DNA from: Anaerolineales bacterium UBA4823
Lineage (GTDB): Bacteria > Chloroflexota > Anaerolineae > Anaerolineales > UBA4823
NCBI GenBank assembly: GCA_002402275.1
Contig: DHFN01000025.1
Location: 1 to 36,236, forward strand
Direction of reading: 5' to 3'
Length of the DNA: 36,236 nt
Below the pieces are notes generated by a model. It worked only from the letters and a program-made list of their open reading frames with translations, was not told where the DNA came from and made no database searches. The translations under genes were made by a program, and so were the position numbers. This document shows, piece by piece, positions 17,801-24,383 of this stretch; the stretch's first letter is position 1, and the number at the start of each line of letters is the position of its first letter.

Positions 17801-18176
17801 ATTGGGTGAACAATTCAGTGAGGCGGTCGAAGCGGTTTAACCCTCCACCATCCGTACCTATCCATAGGTTACCCGAGGAGTCCTCGGTAATCGCACGGAT
17901 GGTGTTGGCACTCAGGCTGTGGAGATCGCCTGGATCACGTTTATAGATAGTAAAGGTATAACCATCGTACTTGTTCAGACCATCTTCGGTGCCAAACCAC
18001 ATCAAACCGCGGCTGTCTTGGAATATACAATAGATAGTGATTTGAGACAAACCTTGTTCGATTGAAATTCGTTCGAAAGAAGGAGCGGATTCCTGAGCTA
18101 GCACTGGCGAGGTAAGGAAAAATGCCAGGCTAATAATCAAAAAAAATGACCTAATCAATGCTCTATTAGATATCAA
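14871..18176 (-). CDS. Sensor histidine kinase with a large extracytoplasmic double beta-propeller (Reg_prop repeats) and a Y_Y_Y domain
   Basis: N-terminal signal/anchor. About 14 repeats of the pattern D..G.LW(I/V)GT..GLN.(F/L)D....F..Y. Y_Y_Y-like YAYMLEGFDRDW....GTYIFRVKGSNNDGVW. One TM segment. H-box SISHDLRTP, N-box LLHNAVRHT, G1 DTGEGI, G2 GGAGLGLALV. The TTG start directly abuts the RR1 stop. Confidence 0.85.
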   Translation of the reverse strand: MISNRALIRSFFLIISLAFFLTSPVLAQESAPSFERISIEQGLSQITIYCIFQDSRGLMWFGTEDGLNKYDGYTFTIYKRDPGDLHSLSANTIRAITEDSSGNLWIGTDGGGLNRFDRLTELFTQYRHDPEDPTSLSHDTVTSVYISAGGNIWVGTDGGGLNRLDQGTGKFLQFQHNPDDPSSLSSDTVSAISEDRASRLWIATKGGGLNQFDPVTGRFIHYRHNPSDAGSLSNDEVNALFVNQNGTLWVGTNGGLNVLHPFRQDFTRFLNDPKNSSSLSSNEVTAIFEDASGILWVGTSNGLNEYTQNGEQASQSVRFVHYFNDPRDLGSLSFDTITALYADESGVLWIGTSVAGLNKLDRKMRRFERYRNDPENQTSLGSNTIWAIREDATGGVWVGTSGPEGGLDLLDRQTGQFIHYRQSPEDPSSLPSTAVLVIYEDSGGELWVGSYEGGLSRLDRETGSFTTYCNDPDDPASLSNNKVWAILEDSNGAFWVGTMGGGLNLFDRESKRFTHYRHDPNDLASLSSDFILAIYEDHNKTLWVGTTQGLDRFDPQTQDFVHYRNNPTNPNSLSSNAAAAIQEDSAGVLWIGTDDGLNRFDRGTGTFTSFTEKDGLANDAIGCILADASGFLWISSGKGITRFDPRTANVKNYDVRDGLQSNEFNRGACDQNPKGELFFGGVNGFNVFNPAKIVDNPHLPPVILTGFQIFNQPVAIGEDLPLTKSIGETEEITLSYIDYVFSFEFAALDYTIPSKNQYAYMLEGFDRDWIVVDSNRRFASYANLPAGTYIFRVKGSNNDGVWNESGTALKVTITPPPWRTWWAYSLYALMGAAIVAAAWRYRVRELERRHIKQTIWAVQGERDRIAALLESRRQLVASISHDLRTPVATVRAHLDSALEGSQPGQSQINRLEVISQELDRLQTLLDDLFTLSRLEVDHLSLSPKPLDLVSLARRAVETFAAPAWQQGKVELLLKTSQDEIFIVADEQRLLQVLMNLLHNAVRHTLPGGIVIVSLHCQPETVTIAVQDTGEGIAPADLPYIWERFYRGQSQAGGGAGLGLALVRELTEAMGGTATVESTLGEGSCFTVTLPASKSVTNLRQS

Positions 18177-18881
18177 TCAAGAACCCCTATCTCTGTGTAG
18201 ACGGTATCCAATGCCCCATACTGTCTCGATAATGTCGCCCATTTCGTTTAATTTCTTACGCAAGCGCAGAATCGTGTTATCCACCGAACGGCTGCCCTCG
18301 ATATATTGTTCTCCCCAGACAGTTTCCAACAGGTAAGTGCGGCTGAAGGTCCGCCCCGGGTTGCGCAGTAGCAGATATAGCAGATCAAATTCGATAGGCG
18401 TCAGATTAACCGCCTGATCCCTCATGGTTGCCTGATGCTGATCAGCGTCCAGAATCAAACTCTGATAAGAGAGACATTGCCTGGGCTGTCCCCGATCAGC
18501 GTTAACAATCTGTTGAACACGCTCCACCCGGCGAAGCAGCGCCCGCACCCGGGCGACTAGCTCACGCAGGCTGAAAGGCTTGGTGAGGTAATCGTCTGCG
18601 CCGAGTTCAAGGCCAATAACTCGGTCAGCTTCTTCAGAACGGGAGGTGAGCATCAACACCGGGATGGACGAAGTCTGACGCAGGCGGCGTAGTACTTCCA
18701 ATCCGTCCAACGCAGGGATCATCCAGTCGAGCAGTATCAAATCGGGTTTGACCTGCTCGCACAGGATCAGGGCGGTTAATCCATCGCCGGCGTGATGTAC
18801 CTGGTAGTGATTATTTTCCAACTCCTGGATAATCACTTGGGCGAGTTTGATCTCATCTTCGACTAAAAGGATCGTTGTCAT
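18177..18881 (-). CDS. OmpR/PhoB-family response regulator (RR1, canonical)
   Basis: ILLVEDE, DLILLDWMIPALDG, LTSRS and GADDYLTKPF in the receiver. Winged helix RSVDNTILRLRKKL....VWGIGYRL. Confidence 0.85.
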   Translation of the reverse strand: MTTILLVEDEIKLAQVIIQELENNHYQVHHAGDGLTALILCEQVKPDLILLDWMIPALDGLEVLRRLRQTSSIPVLMLTSRSEEADRVIGLELGADDYLTKPFSLRELVARVRALLRRVERVQQIVNADRGQPRQCLSYQSLILDADQHQATMRDQAVNLTPIEFDLLYLLLRNPGRTFSRTYLLETVWGEQYIEGSRSVDNTILRLRKKLNEMGDIIETVWGIGYRLHRDRGS

Positions 18882-19092
18882 TATTTATAAGGTAACACAT
18901 AAATCATGTATATGTCAAATATTTGGTGTATCAAACAACTTTGTTAAGGAAGAAGTGCGGGTGACTCTTTAGCAAGAGAACAAAAAGAGATAAAATGGCT
19001 TAGAAGTGACGCGGAAACAATTGAGTGAAAGGGTTGGAAGCGCTGAGATTGAGTAAGGCAATGAAGGTCTAGCCACCATACAGTTTAGTAAT

Positions 19093-19632
19093 TCATTGGT
19101 AATAACAAAAGATGATTTGGCAAGGTTGTGAATTAATCAATAATCGTTCAATGAAACATAAGCCAATCGGTAAAAAGTTTCTAACATAGCCTAACATTGC
19201 CAATTGAACTTCCAGCGTACTGTGACCTTTTACATGTTTGACCTATGTCCAAGCTATCGGAATAGCCCGCTTACGGTATGCTAAACTAACCATCAATAAT
19301 TGATGTGTATACTCAATCTTGGTTCCATCCACTATCAACCTTGTCTACTGCAAGTTCTTGGCTTGCTGTTTTAGCCATTCATTTGCAATTGGTTCATACA
19401 AACCGTGTACATCACTTGCTGGATTAGACAGCAAACGATTATTCTGTTGAACAGCGTAAAGCAATTTTGCCTCCCCAGGTATCTTCCTCGCTATCCTGCT
19501 CATCTAAACCAAACGGCTTTTGTATATTCCTACAATCAACCTAGCCAAGTATGAAATACGAGTTTTTCTTTCCACTTTTTTCAGTTGTCGAATCCACATT
19601 TTCCAGGTATTATATAGTTGGTTGATCGGCAT
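19093..19632 (-). pseudogene. DDE transposase pseudogene (IS4-superfamily-like N-terminal part), with three in-frame TAG codons and no frameshift
   Basis: Hand translation from ATG 19632, preceded by SD AAGGAG: MPINQLYNTWKMWIRQLKKVERKTRISYLARLIVGIYKSRLV*MSRIARKIPGEAKLLYAVQQNNRLLSNPASDVHGLYEPIANEWLKQQAKNLQ*TRLIVDGTKIEYTHQLLMVSLAYRKRAIPIAWT*VKHVKGHSTLEVQLAMLGYVRNFLPIGLCFIERLLINSQPCQIIFCYYQ*. The stops are at 19504-19506, 19345-19347 and 19243-19245. The L.RLI.GI..S....S.IA..IPG.AK and L.(I/V)DGT patterns recall IS4-type transposases. Only about 179 codons remain, so the C-terminal catalytic half is missing. Confidence 0.6.
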
Positions 19633-19647
19633 AACATTCTCCTTCTT

Positions 19648-19675
19648 TTGTTTTTACAAACTTCAAAGGTACAAT
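19648..19675 (+). promoter_or_regulatory. Candidate outward-facing promoter inside the IS right end, pointing at the degV-like operon
   Basis: TTGTTT (19648-19653), a 16-nt spacer, then TACAAT (19670-19675). Sigma70-like match only; there is no experimental support. Confidence 0.3.
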
Positions 19676-19706
19676 TTTTGTGCCGACCAACATTTTCTTT
19701 AAAAAT

Positions 19707-19717
19707 GTATGGTGGCT
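19707..19717 (-). repeat. Right terminal inverted repeat of the insertion (GTATGGTGGCT, the reverse complement of AGCCACCATAC)
   Basis: Exact reverse complement of 12030-12040. It is immediately followed by the right TSD copy. Confidence 0.75.
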
Positions 19718-19729
19718 AGCTAATTTTTT
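19718..19729. repeat. Right copy of the target-site duplication (AGCTAATTTTTT)
   Basis: Identical to 12018-12029. It is followed by TATTAAAAGGATTGAAATTATG, which is the SD and start of the degV-like gene. Confidence 0.75.
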
Positions 19730-19748
19730 TATTAAAAGGATTGAAATT

Positions 19749-20606
19749 ATGGTTAGGATAATTACTGATACTACATCTGTATTGCCCCAGGAAATTGCCA
19801 AGAAATACCGCATTCCGGTCATCCCTCAAATTATTCATTTTGATGATGAGACTTACTTGGAAGGAATAGAAATTGACAATGCCACTTTTTTGAGGAAATT
19901 AAAAAGTTCCAAAAATCTCCCAAAAACATCCGCACCTCCTCCTGAATTATTTGCCCAGGAATTTCAAAAAACGACCGATCCCAATGAAGCAATAATTTGT
20001 ATTCATCCTTCTATAGAAGTGAGCGGTACCATTCGATCGGCTACAATTGCTGCTCGAGATTTTTCCTATTTAGATATCCGCATCATTGATACTAAGGTGG
20101 TCGCAAGTCCGCTGGCAACGATGGTAACCCTGGCTGCGCAATGGGCTCAAGAAGGTTTATCAGCGGATGTTATTATAGACAATCTAAATCAATTAATCCA
20201 AGACTGCCATTTATATTTTTTGGTGGATACCTTAGAATATATGGCAAAAGGAGGACGGATAGGGAATGCATCTGCATTGCTTGGAAGTGTCTTGCAAATC
20301 AAACCGATTCTCATGTTCAAGAATGGACAAGTAGATGTATTTGAAAAAGAAAGAACCCATAAGCGGGCTCTGGAAAGATTAGAGAATATCGTTGTCGAAC
20401 AGATCCCTAAGAACCGTGAGGCATATCTTTCCTTAATGCATGCAGATATCCCGGATAAAATCAAAGAATTTGCTGATCGTTTATCGGAATCCCTTTCTAT
20501 CCCATCCATCCCCATATTTGAAATACCTCCAGCAATTATCACCCATGCTGGTCCGGGAGTTCTTGGAGTAGGATTTTTCACTCCGCCTTTTAGCGACAGT
20601 AAATGA
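19749..20606 (+). CDS. DegV-family (fatty-acid-binding) protein
   Basis: MVRIITDTTSVLPQEIAKKYRIPVIPQIIHFDDETYLEG and later YMAKGGRIGNASALLGSVLQIKPIL are typical DegV patterns. ATG 19749 has SD AAAGGA 8 nt upstream. The ORF-track start at 19680 lies inside the IS remnant. Confidence 0.85.
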   Translation: MVRIITDTTSVLPQEIAKKYRIPVIPQIIHFDDETYLEGIEIDNATFLRKLKSSKNLPKTSAPPPELFAQEFQKTTDPNEAIICIHPSIEVSGTIRSATIAARDFSYLDIRIIDTKVVASPLATMVTLAAQWAQEGLSADVIIDNLNQLIQDCHLYFLVDTLEYMAKGGRIGNASALLGSVLQIKPILMFKNGQVDVFEKERTHKRALERLENIVVEQIPKNREAYLSLMHADIPDKIKEFADRLSESLSIPSIPIFEIPPAIITHAGPGVLGVGFFTPPFSDSK

Positions 20607-23170
20607 GTTTAGATTCCTTACTCGAGCGCTGGCAAGCTGACCAGTCAATCCGAGAAAATATTGTATTTTGGGAGAAAACGCCCGCCCGCCCCGCAGTAAA
20701 ATGCCCTTTTCCTGCTGAAATTTCCCCTTCTTTACAACATGTCCTCAGAAGTCAAGGAATTCCGCAACTCTATCAGCATCAAGCTAACGCTTACAAATTA
20801 ATAAACAATGGCGAGAACCTTCTGATTACTAGTGGAACAGCAAGCGGAAAATCATTATGTTATAACCTCCCGGTCATTAATGATCTTATTCAGCATCCAA
20901 ATAATTGTGCATTCTATTTATTTCCGACCAAAGCACTTGCACACGATCAAGCTCTAAAGTTAAAAGAATTATTGCACTTTATCCCGGAATTTAACAGAAA
21001 ACACCCTCAAGAATCCGATGCGTTAATTGGAATGTACGATGGAGATACCCCTCCAACTCAGCGGCAATTCATTCGCCAAAACGCCCAACTGATTTTCACC
21101 AATCCAGATATGCTTCATTTTGGTATTCTTCCCAACCACCCTCAGTGGGATAGGGTCTTATCAAATTTACGTTTCATAATCATTGATGAGATTCATGTTT
21201 ATCGAGGGGTTTTTGGTTCTCATATCGCCAATGTCATTCGTAGATTAAAAAGGCTAATTGAGTATTATGGGGGGAACGTAAACTTTATTCTGACTTCTGG
21301 CACAATCTCCAACCCTTATGCGTTTGCAACAAAACTCATCGAAGAACCTATCACTTTATTGGATGAAGATGCTTCGCCTAAAGGAGAAAAAAACCTCATA
21401 TTCTATAATCCCCCCATTATCCAGGCAGAATTTGGGCTGCGGGCACATCCTTTTCGGGAAGCAAAAAAATTAATGGATGATCTCCTTAAAAACTGCTCTC
21501 AATCAATTGTCTTCTGCACAAGTCATAGATCCGTTGAACGTTTATTAATCGAGCTCCGCCAAGTCTATGATTCAGAGCTAGAGGGGAGTTTTAGTCAAAT
21601 TCAAGGTTATCGGAGCAGCTACTTACCAGAACATAGGCGGCAGATAGAACAAGATTTAAAATCAAATAAGATAAAAACTGTCGTTGCAACCAACGCTCTT
21701 GAACTCGGCATTGATATTGGCGAACTAGAAGCGGTCCTCTTGATTGGTTTTCCGGGTAGTATTGCCTCAACCTGGCAACAAATCAGCCGGGCAGGCAGAA
21801 AGAACCAGACTTCTCTAGGTATCCTCATCCTGACATCCGATCCATTAGACCAATACCTTGCCCGAAATCCCCAATACTTTCTCGAAAGCTCCCCTGAACA
21901 ACCATTGATTAATCCGGATAACCCATTAATCCTTCTCAATCACTTGCGTTGCGCAATGGCAGAATTACCATTTCAAGAGCATGAAAACTTTGGAAAAGCG
22001 AACCAACCCTTAGTTGAGGCTTTGTTCACTGCGATTTTGAATTACAAAGAAGCAATCTATGAAACCGGCAGCTATTATTATATTTCCCCAACTGCACCCC
22101 AAAATTTCTCCTTGCGTAGCAGCAGTTTCTCGAATATTCAACTCATCGTTGAACATGAAAACTCATTAAACCGAATTGGTTATATTGATCGAAATAGTGC
22201 TGACCGATTAGTCCATCCAGGTGCGATCTATCTTCATGAAGGGGAAACCTATCGTGTGATGGAGTTAGACCTTGATAATAACACAGCGAAATTATCACCA
22301 ACAAATGTCGAATATCTTACTAACCCCCATCAAGAAAGCACGATAGATGACCTTACCGCTTTATCCACGCGACACTTCCGATATTCAGAAGGAGAAAGTT
22401 TTCGATTAGGTTACGGAGATGTGACTGTAAACATGCAAGTGACAGGGTACTCAAAAGTGGATTGGGATTCGCATCAGGTTATTGAAAGAATTCCCCTGGC
22501 TCTTCCTCCTCAAACGTTAGCCACTAAAGCCTTTTGGATCAGTATCGGGGAACAACTAGTTAATGACCTTCGCTCCCAAGGGCTCTGGTCAGCTGAACCT
22601 AACAAATATGGAACAGGGTGGGAACACCAAAAAAACCTTGCCCGAGCGAGAGATGGATACCGTTGCCAAATTTGTGAAGTACCCGAGACAGATCACGCGC
22701 ATGATGTCCATCATAAGATTCCTTTCCGGCTCTTTGAGGATTCAGAAGAAGCGAATCGGCTCGAGAATCTGATTACTCTTTGTCGAAATTGTCACCAAAA
22801 AGTAGAAAGTAACCTACGCATCCAAAGCGGCTTAGCTGGATTAGGGTATGCTTTGAGCCATATTGCACCATTATTTGTGATGTGTGACCGAAATGATCTC
22901 GGGCTTCATGTTGACCCAAATTCTAGATGGGAAAACCGATTACCAACCATTTTGATCTATGAGAATATTGCTGGTGGAATAGGATTAAGCCAACGAATCT
23001 TTGAAATCGCATTAGAATTATTACACTCGGTTTATCACCATATCGCCCAATGTCCTTGTCCAGATGGCTGCCCTTCTTGTACGGGAGCAGTGAGTGAAAA
23101 TGGGATTAGCGGAAAAGCCGAAGCGTTGATTTTACTGGAAAAAATAATTAACTATGAACAACCTTTCTGA
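20603..23170 (+). CDS. mrfA: MrfA/YprA-family DEAD/DEAH-box (DEIH) helicase with a C-terminal DUF1998 zinc domain and an inserted HNH nuclease motif
   Basis: LYQHQANAY, Walker A TSGTASGKS, FPTKALAHDQ, TNPDMLH, IIIDEIHVYRGVFGSHIANVIRRL, ATNALELGIDIG and QQISRAGR match the YprA/MrfA pattern. DUF1998 cysteines are CPCPDGCPSC (23051-23080). The HNH motif RCQICEV....HHKIPF....NLITLCRNCH lies at about 22664-22795. The start overlaps the degV stop (ATGA). Confidence 0.85.
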   Translation: MSLDSLLERWQADQSIRENIVFWEKTPARPAVKCPFPAEISPSLQHVLRSQGIPQLYQHQANAYKLINNGENLLITSGTASGKSLCYNLPVINDLIQHPNNCAFYLFPTKALAHDQALKLKELLHFIPEFNRKHPQESDALIGMYDGDTPPTQRQFIRQNAQLIFTNPDMLHFGILPNHPQWDRVLSNLRFIIIDEIHVYRGVFGSHIANVIRRLKRLIEYYGGNVNFILTSGTISNPYAFATKLIEEPITLLDEDASPKGEKNLIFYNPPIIQAEFGLRAHPFREAKKLMDDLLKNCSQSIVFCTSHRSVERLLIELRQVYDSELEGSFSQIQGYRSSYLPEHRRQIEQDLKSNKIKTVVATNALELGIDIGELEAVLLIGFPGSIASTWQQISRAGRKNQTSLGILILTSDPLDQYLARNPQYFLESSPEQPLINPDNPLILLNHLRCAMAELPFQEHENFGKANQPLVEALFTAILNYKEAIYETGSYYYISPTAPQNFSLRSSSFSNIQLIVEHENSLNRIGYIDRNSADRLVHPGAIYLHEGETYRVMELDLDNNTAKLSPTNVEYLTNPHQESTIDDLTALSTRHFRYSEGESFRLGYGDVTVNMQVTGYSKVDWDSHQVIERIPLALPPQTLATKAFWISIGEQLVNDLRSQGLWSAEPNKYGTGWEHQKNLARARDGYRCQICEVPETDHAHDVHHKIPFRLFEDSEEANRLENLITLCRNCHQKVESNLRIQSGLAGLGYALSHIAPLFVMCDRNDLGLHVDPNSRWENRLPTILIYENIAGGIGLSQRIFEIALELLHSVYHHIAQCPCPDGCPSCTGAVSENGISGKAEALILLEKIINYEQPF

Positions 23171-24383
23171 TCAGCTTAAAGCTTTGGGCATTGAAGTCGG
23201 CTTGGATTCAATAAAATCTCAACCAATTCAACCGGATTTCCTGGCGAAGGATCTTGGTGGGCAAGTTATTGAAAATTATTCAGGCAACCTGGTTTTAGTC
23301 GAAAATCACTATGAGTTAGAAACATTTTTCCCTCAAGAATCTATTTCTCCCATCATCCTAAAATGGGCAAATTCAGCAGTTCAAGAATTGCTAGGCTTTT
23401 CTGATTTTACGATAATGGACATTGAAACGACCGGGATGTTAGGAGAGAGTGGGGTTTTAGCATTTCTGGTTGGTTTAGGTACCATCACGGACAATCAATT
23501 TACAGTTCAACAATTTCTGATTACAAATCCCGCTCAAGAAATGGCGCAACTTACAACCATCGAAGCGCAATTTGCTAAAGCTAAAGGGATCATTACTTAC
23601 AATGGAAAGTCGTTTGACCTCCCCATCCTCTCCAATCGCTATCGGTTCCATCGTTCTCCTCCCCCTTTCAAACCGCTTATTCATCTCGATTTGCTGCATC
23701 TAGCACGCCGGATTTGGAAAAACCGTCTACCTAATCGGGCTTTACGAAACATTGAAGCCGAAATTTTAGATGTTCAACGGAAGGTTAATGATATTCCTGG
23801 TTGGATCATCCCCCAAATTTATCATGAATTTATTCAAACCAAACGACCAGAGCTGCTCCTTCCAGTTCTATATCATAATCAAATGGACGTTTATTCATTA
23901 GCAAGATTATTTATTCATCTAAACCAACTTATCGAAAACCCAAATCAAAGTGATTTTGATTATGAACAGGATCAAATCGCATTAGCCCATTTCTACGAAA
24001 ATTTGGGGTTTTATGAACAAGCAATTCCGCAGTACCAAAAATGCATCCTGGGGTCGAAAAACCTTGAAGATAAAGTACATCTTATGGAAGATTTGGCAAT
24101 GCTTTATAAAAAGCAGAAAGACTTTTCCTGTTCAATAAATTTATGGGAACAAGCTGCCTCAATGGGAAGCATTATCTCGCATGTTGAATTAGCGAAGTAT
24201 TATGAGCATATCACTAAAGATTACTCTTTTGCATATTCTTGGACTGAATCCGCTTTGAAGTTGGTTAATTCAAAAAAAGAACCCCCAGAAGAACACATCC
24301 GCTGGCAACCTGAGTTACAATATCGTTTAGAGCGTCTAGCACGAATTATCCATTCCCATTTTTTTGTTGGAGGAAAACCATGA
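23154..24383 (+). CDS. mrfB: MrfB/YprB-like RNase H-fold (DEDDh) exonuclease with a C-terminal TPR/Sel1-like region
   Basis: Exo motif I IMDIETTG (23418-23426 encodes DIE), motif II YNGKSFDLPIL, motif III YHNQMDVYSLARL. The C-terminal repeats (FYENLGFYEQAIPQYQKC, LAMLYKKQKDF, ELAKYYEH) look TPR/Sel1-like. It overlaps the helicase 3' end by 17 nt. Confidence 0.75.
   Translation: MNNLSDQLKALGIEVGLDSIKSQPIQPDFLAKDLGGQVIENYSGNLVLVENHYELETFFPQESISPIILKWANSAVQELLGFSDFTIMDIETTGMLGESGVLAFLVGLGTITDNQFTVQQFLITNPAQEMAQLTTIEAQFAKAKGIITYNGKSFDLPILSNRYRFHRSPPPFKPLIHLDLLHLARRIWKNRLPNRALRNIEAEILDVQRKVNDIPGWIIPQIYHEFIQTKRPELLLPVLYHNQMDVYSLARLFIHLNQLIENPNQSDFDYEQDQIALAHFYENLGFYEQAIPQYQKCILGSKNLEDKVHLMEDLAMLYKKQKDFSCSINLWEQAASMGSIISHVELAKYYEHITKDYSFAYSWTESALKLVNSKKEPPEEHIRWQPELQYRLERLARIIHSHFFVGGKP

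Larger units (their letters stand above)
12030..19717. mobile_element. Composite-transposon-like insertion of about 7.7 kb, carrying a two-component system, secreted proteins, a GNAT fragment and an IS remnant
   Basis: 11-bp terminal IRs flanked by a 12-bp direct duplication. Deleting it joins the MFS stop directly to the SD/ATG of the degV-like gene. The internal G+C is visibly higher than the flanks: a spot count of one 60-nt line at 15421 gives 35/60 G+C, against 28/60 at 21001 and 20/60 at 24541. Confidence 0.75.
19069..19719. mobile_element. 651-bp IS remnant with 14-bp perfect terminal inverted repeats (CTAGCCACCATACA)
   Basis: CTAGCCACCATACA at 19069-19082 and its exact reverse complement at 19706-19719. 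A single interrupted transposase-like frame fills almost the whole interval. The right end is also the right end of the 7.7-kb insertion. Confidence 0.7.

Noticed and set aside
14833-17946. Numerous 60-107-aa ORFs within or antisense to the histidine kinase gene (for example 14833-15057, 15109-15366, 16563-16841, 17752-17946).
   Set aside because: These are typical stop-poor alternative frames of a G+C-rich gene. All are fully contained in the 1101-aa kinase ORF, which has strong domain evidence.
18882-19068. A promoter for the RR1-kinase operon (minus-strand TTGACA at 18913-18918) and a third TGTC repeat array.
   Set aside because: No acceptable -10 lies at 16-19 nt, and only a weak, non-phased resemblance to the TTGTC(G/A)CA repeats is present. 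There is not enough evidence to call either feature.
19243-19506. The three in-frame TAG codons in the transposase frame might indicate amber read-through or recoding (for example pyrrolysine or a reassigned stop).
   Set aside because: TAG clearly terminates hdrA (3372-3374) and mvhG (4842-4844), each followed directly by an SD and the ATG of the next gene. The transposase also lacks its C-terminal half. A pseudogene is the simpler reading.
19520-19822. ORF-track entries 19520-19702 (+) and 19610-19822 (-), and the 19680 start for the degV-like gene.
   Set aside because: All lie in or cross the IS remnant and its right IR. The DegV homology and a good SD begin at ATG 19749. The other two have no motifs and overlap the transposase frame or the degV start.
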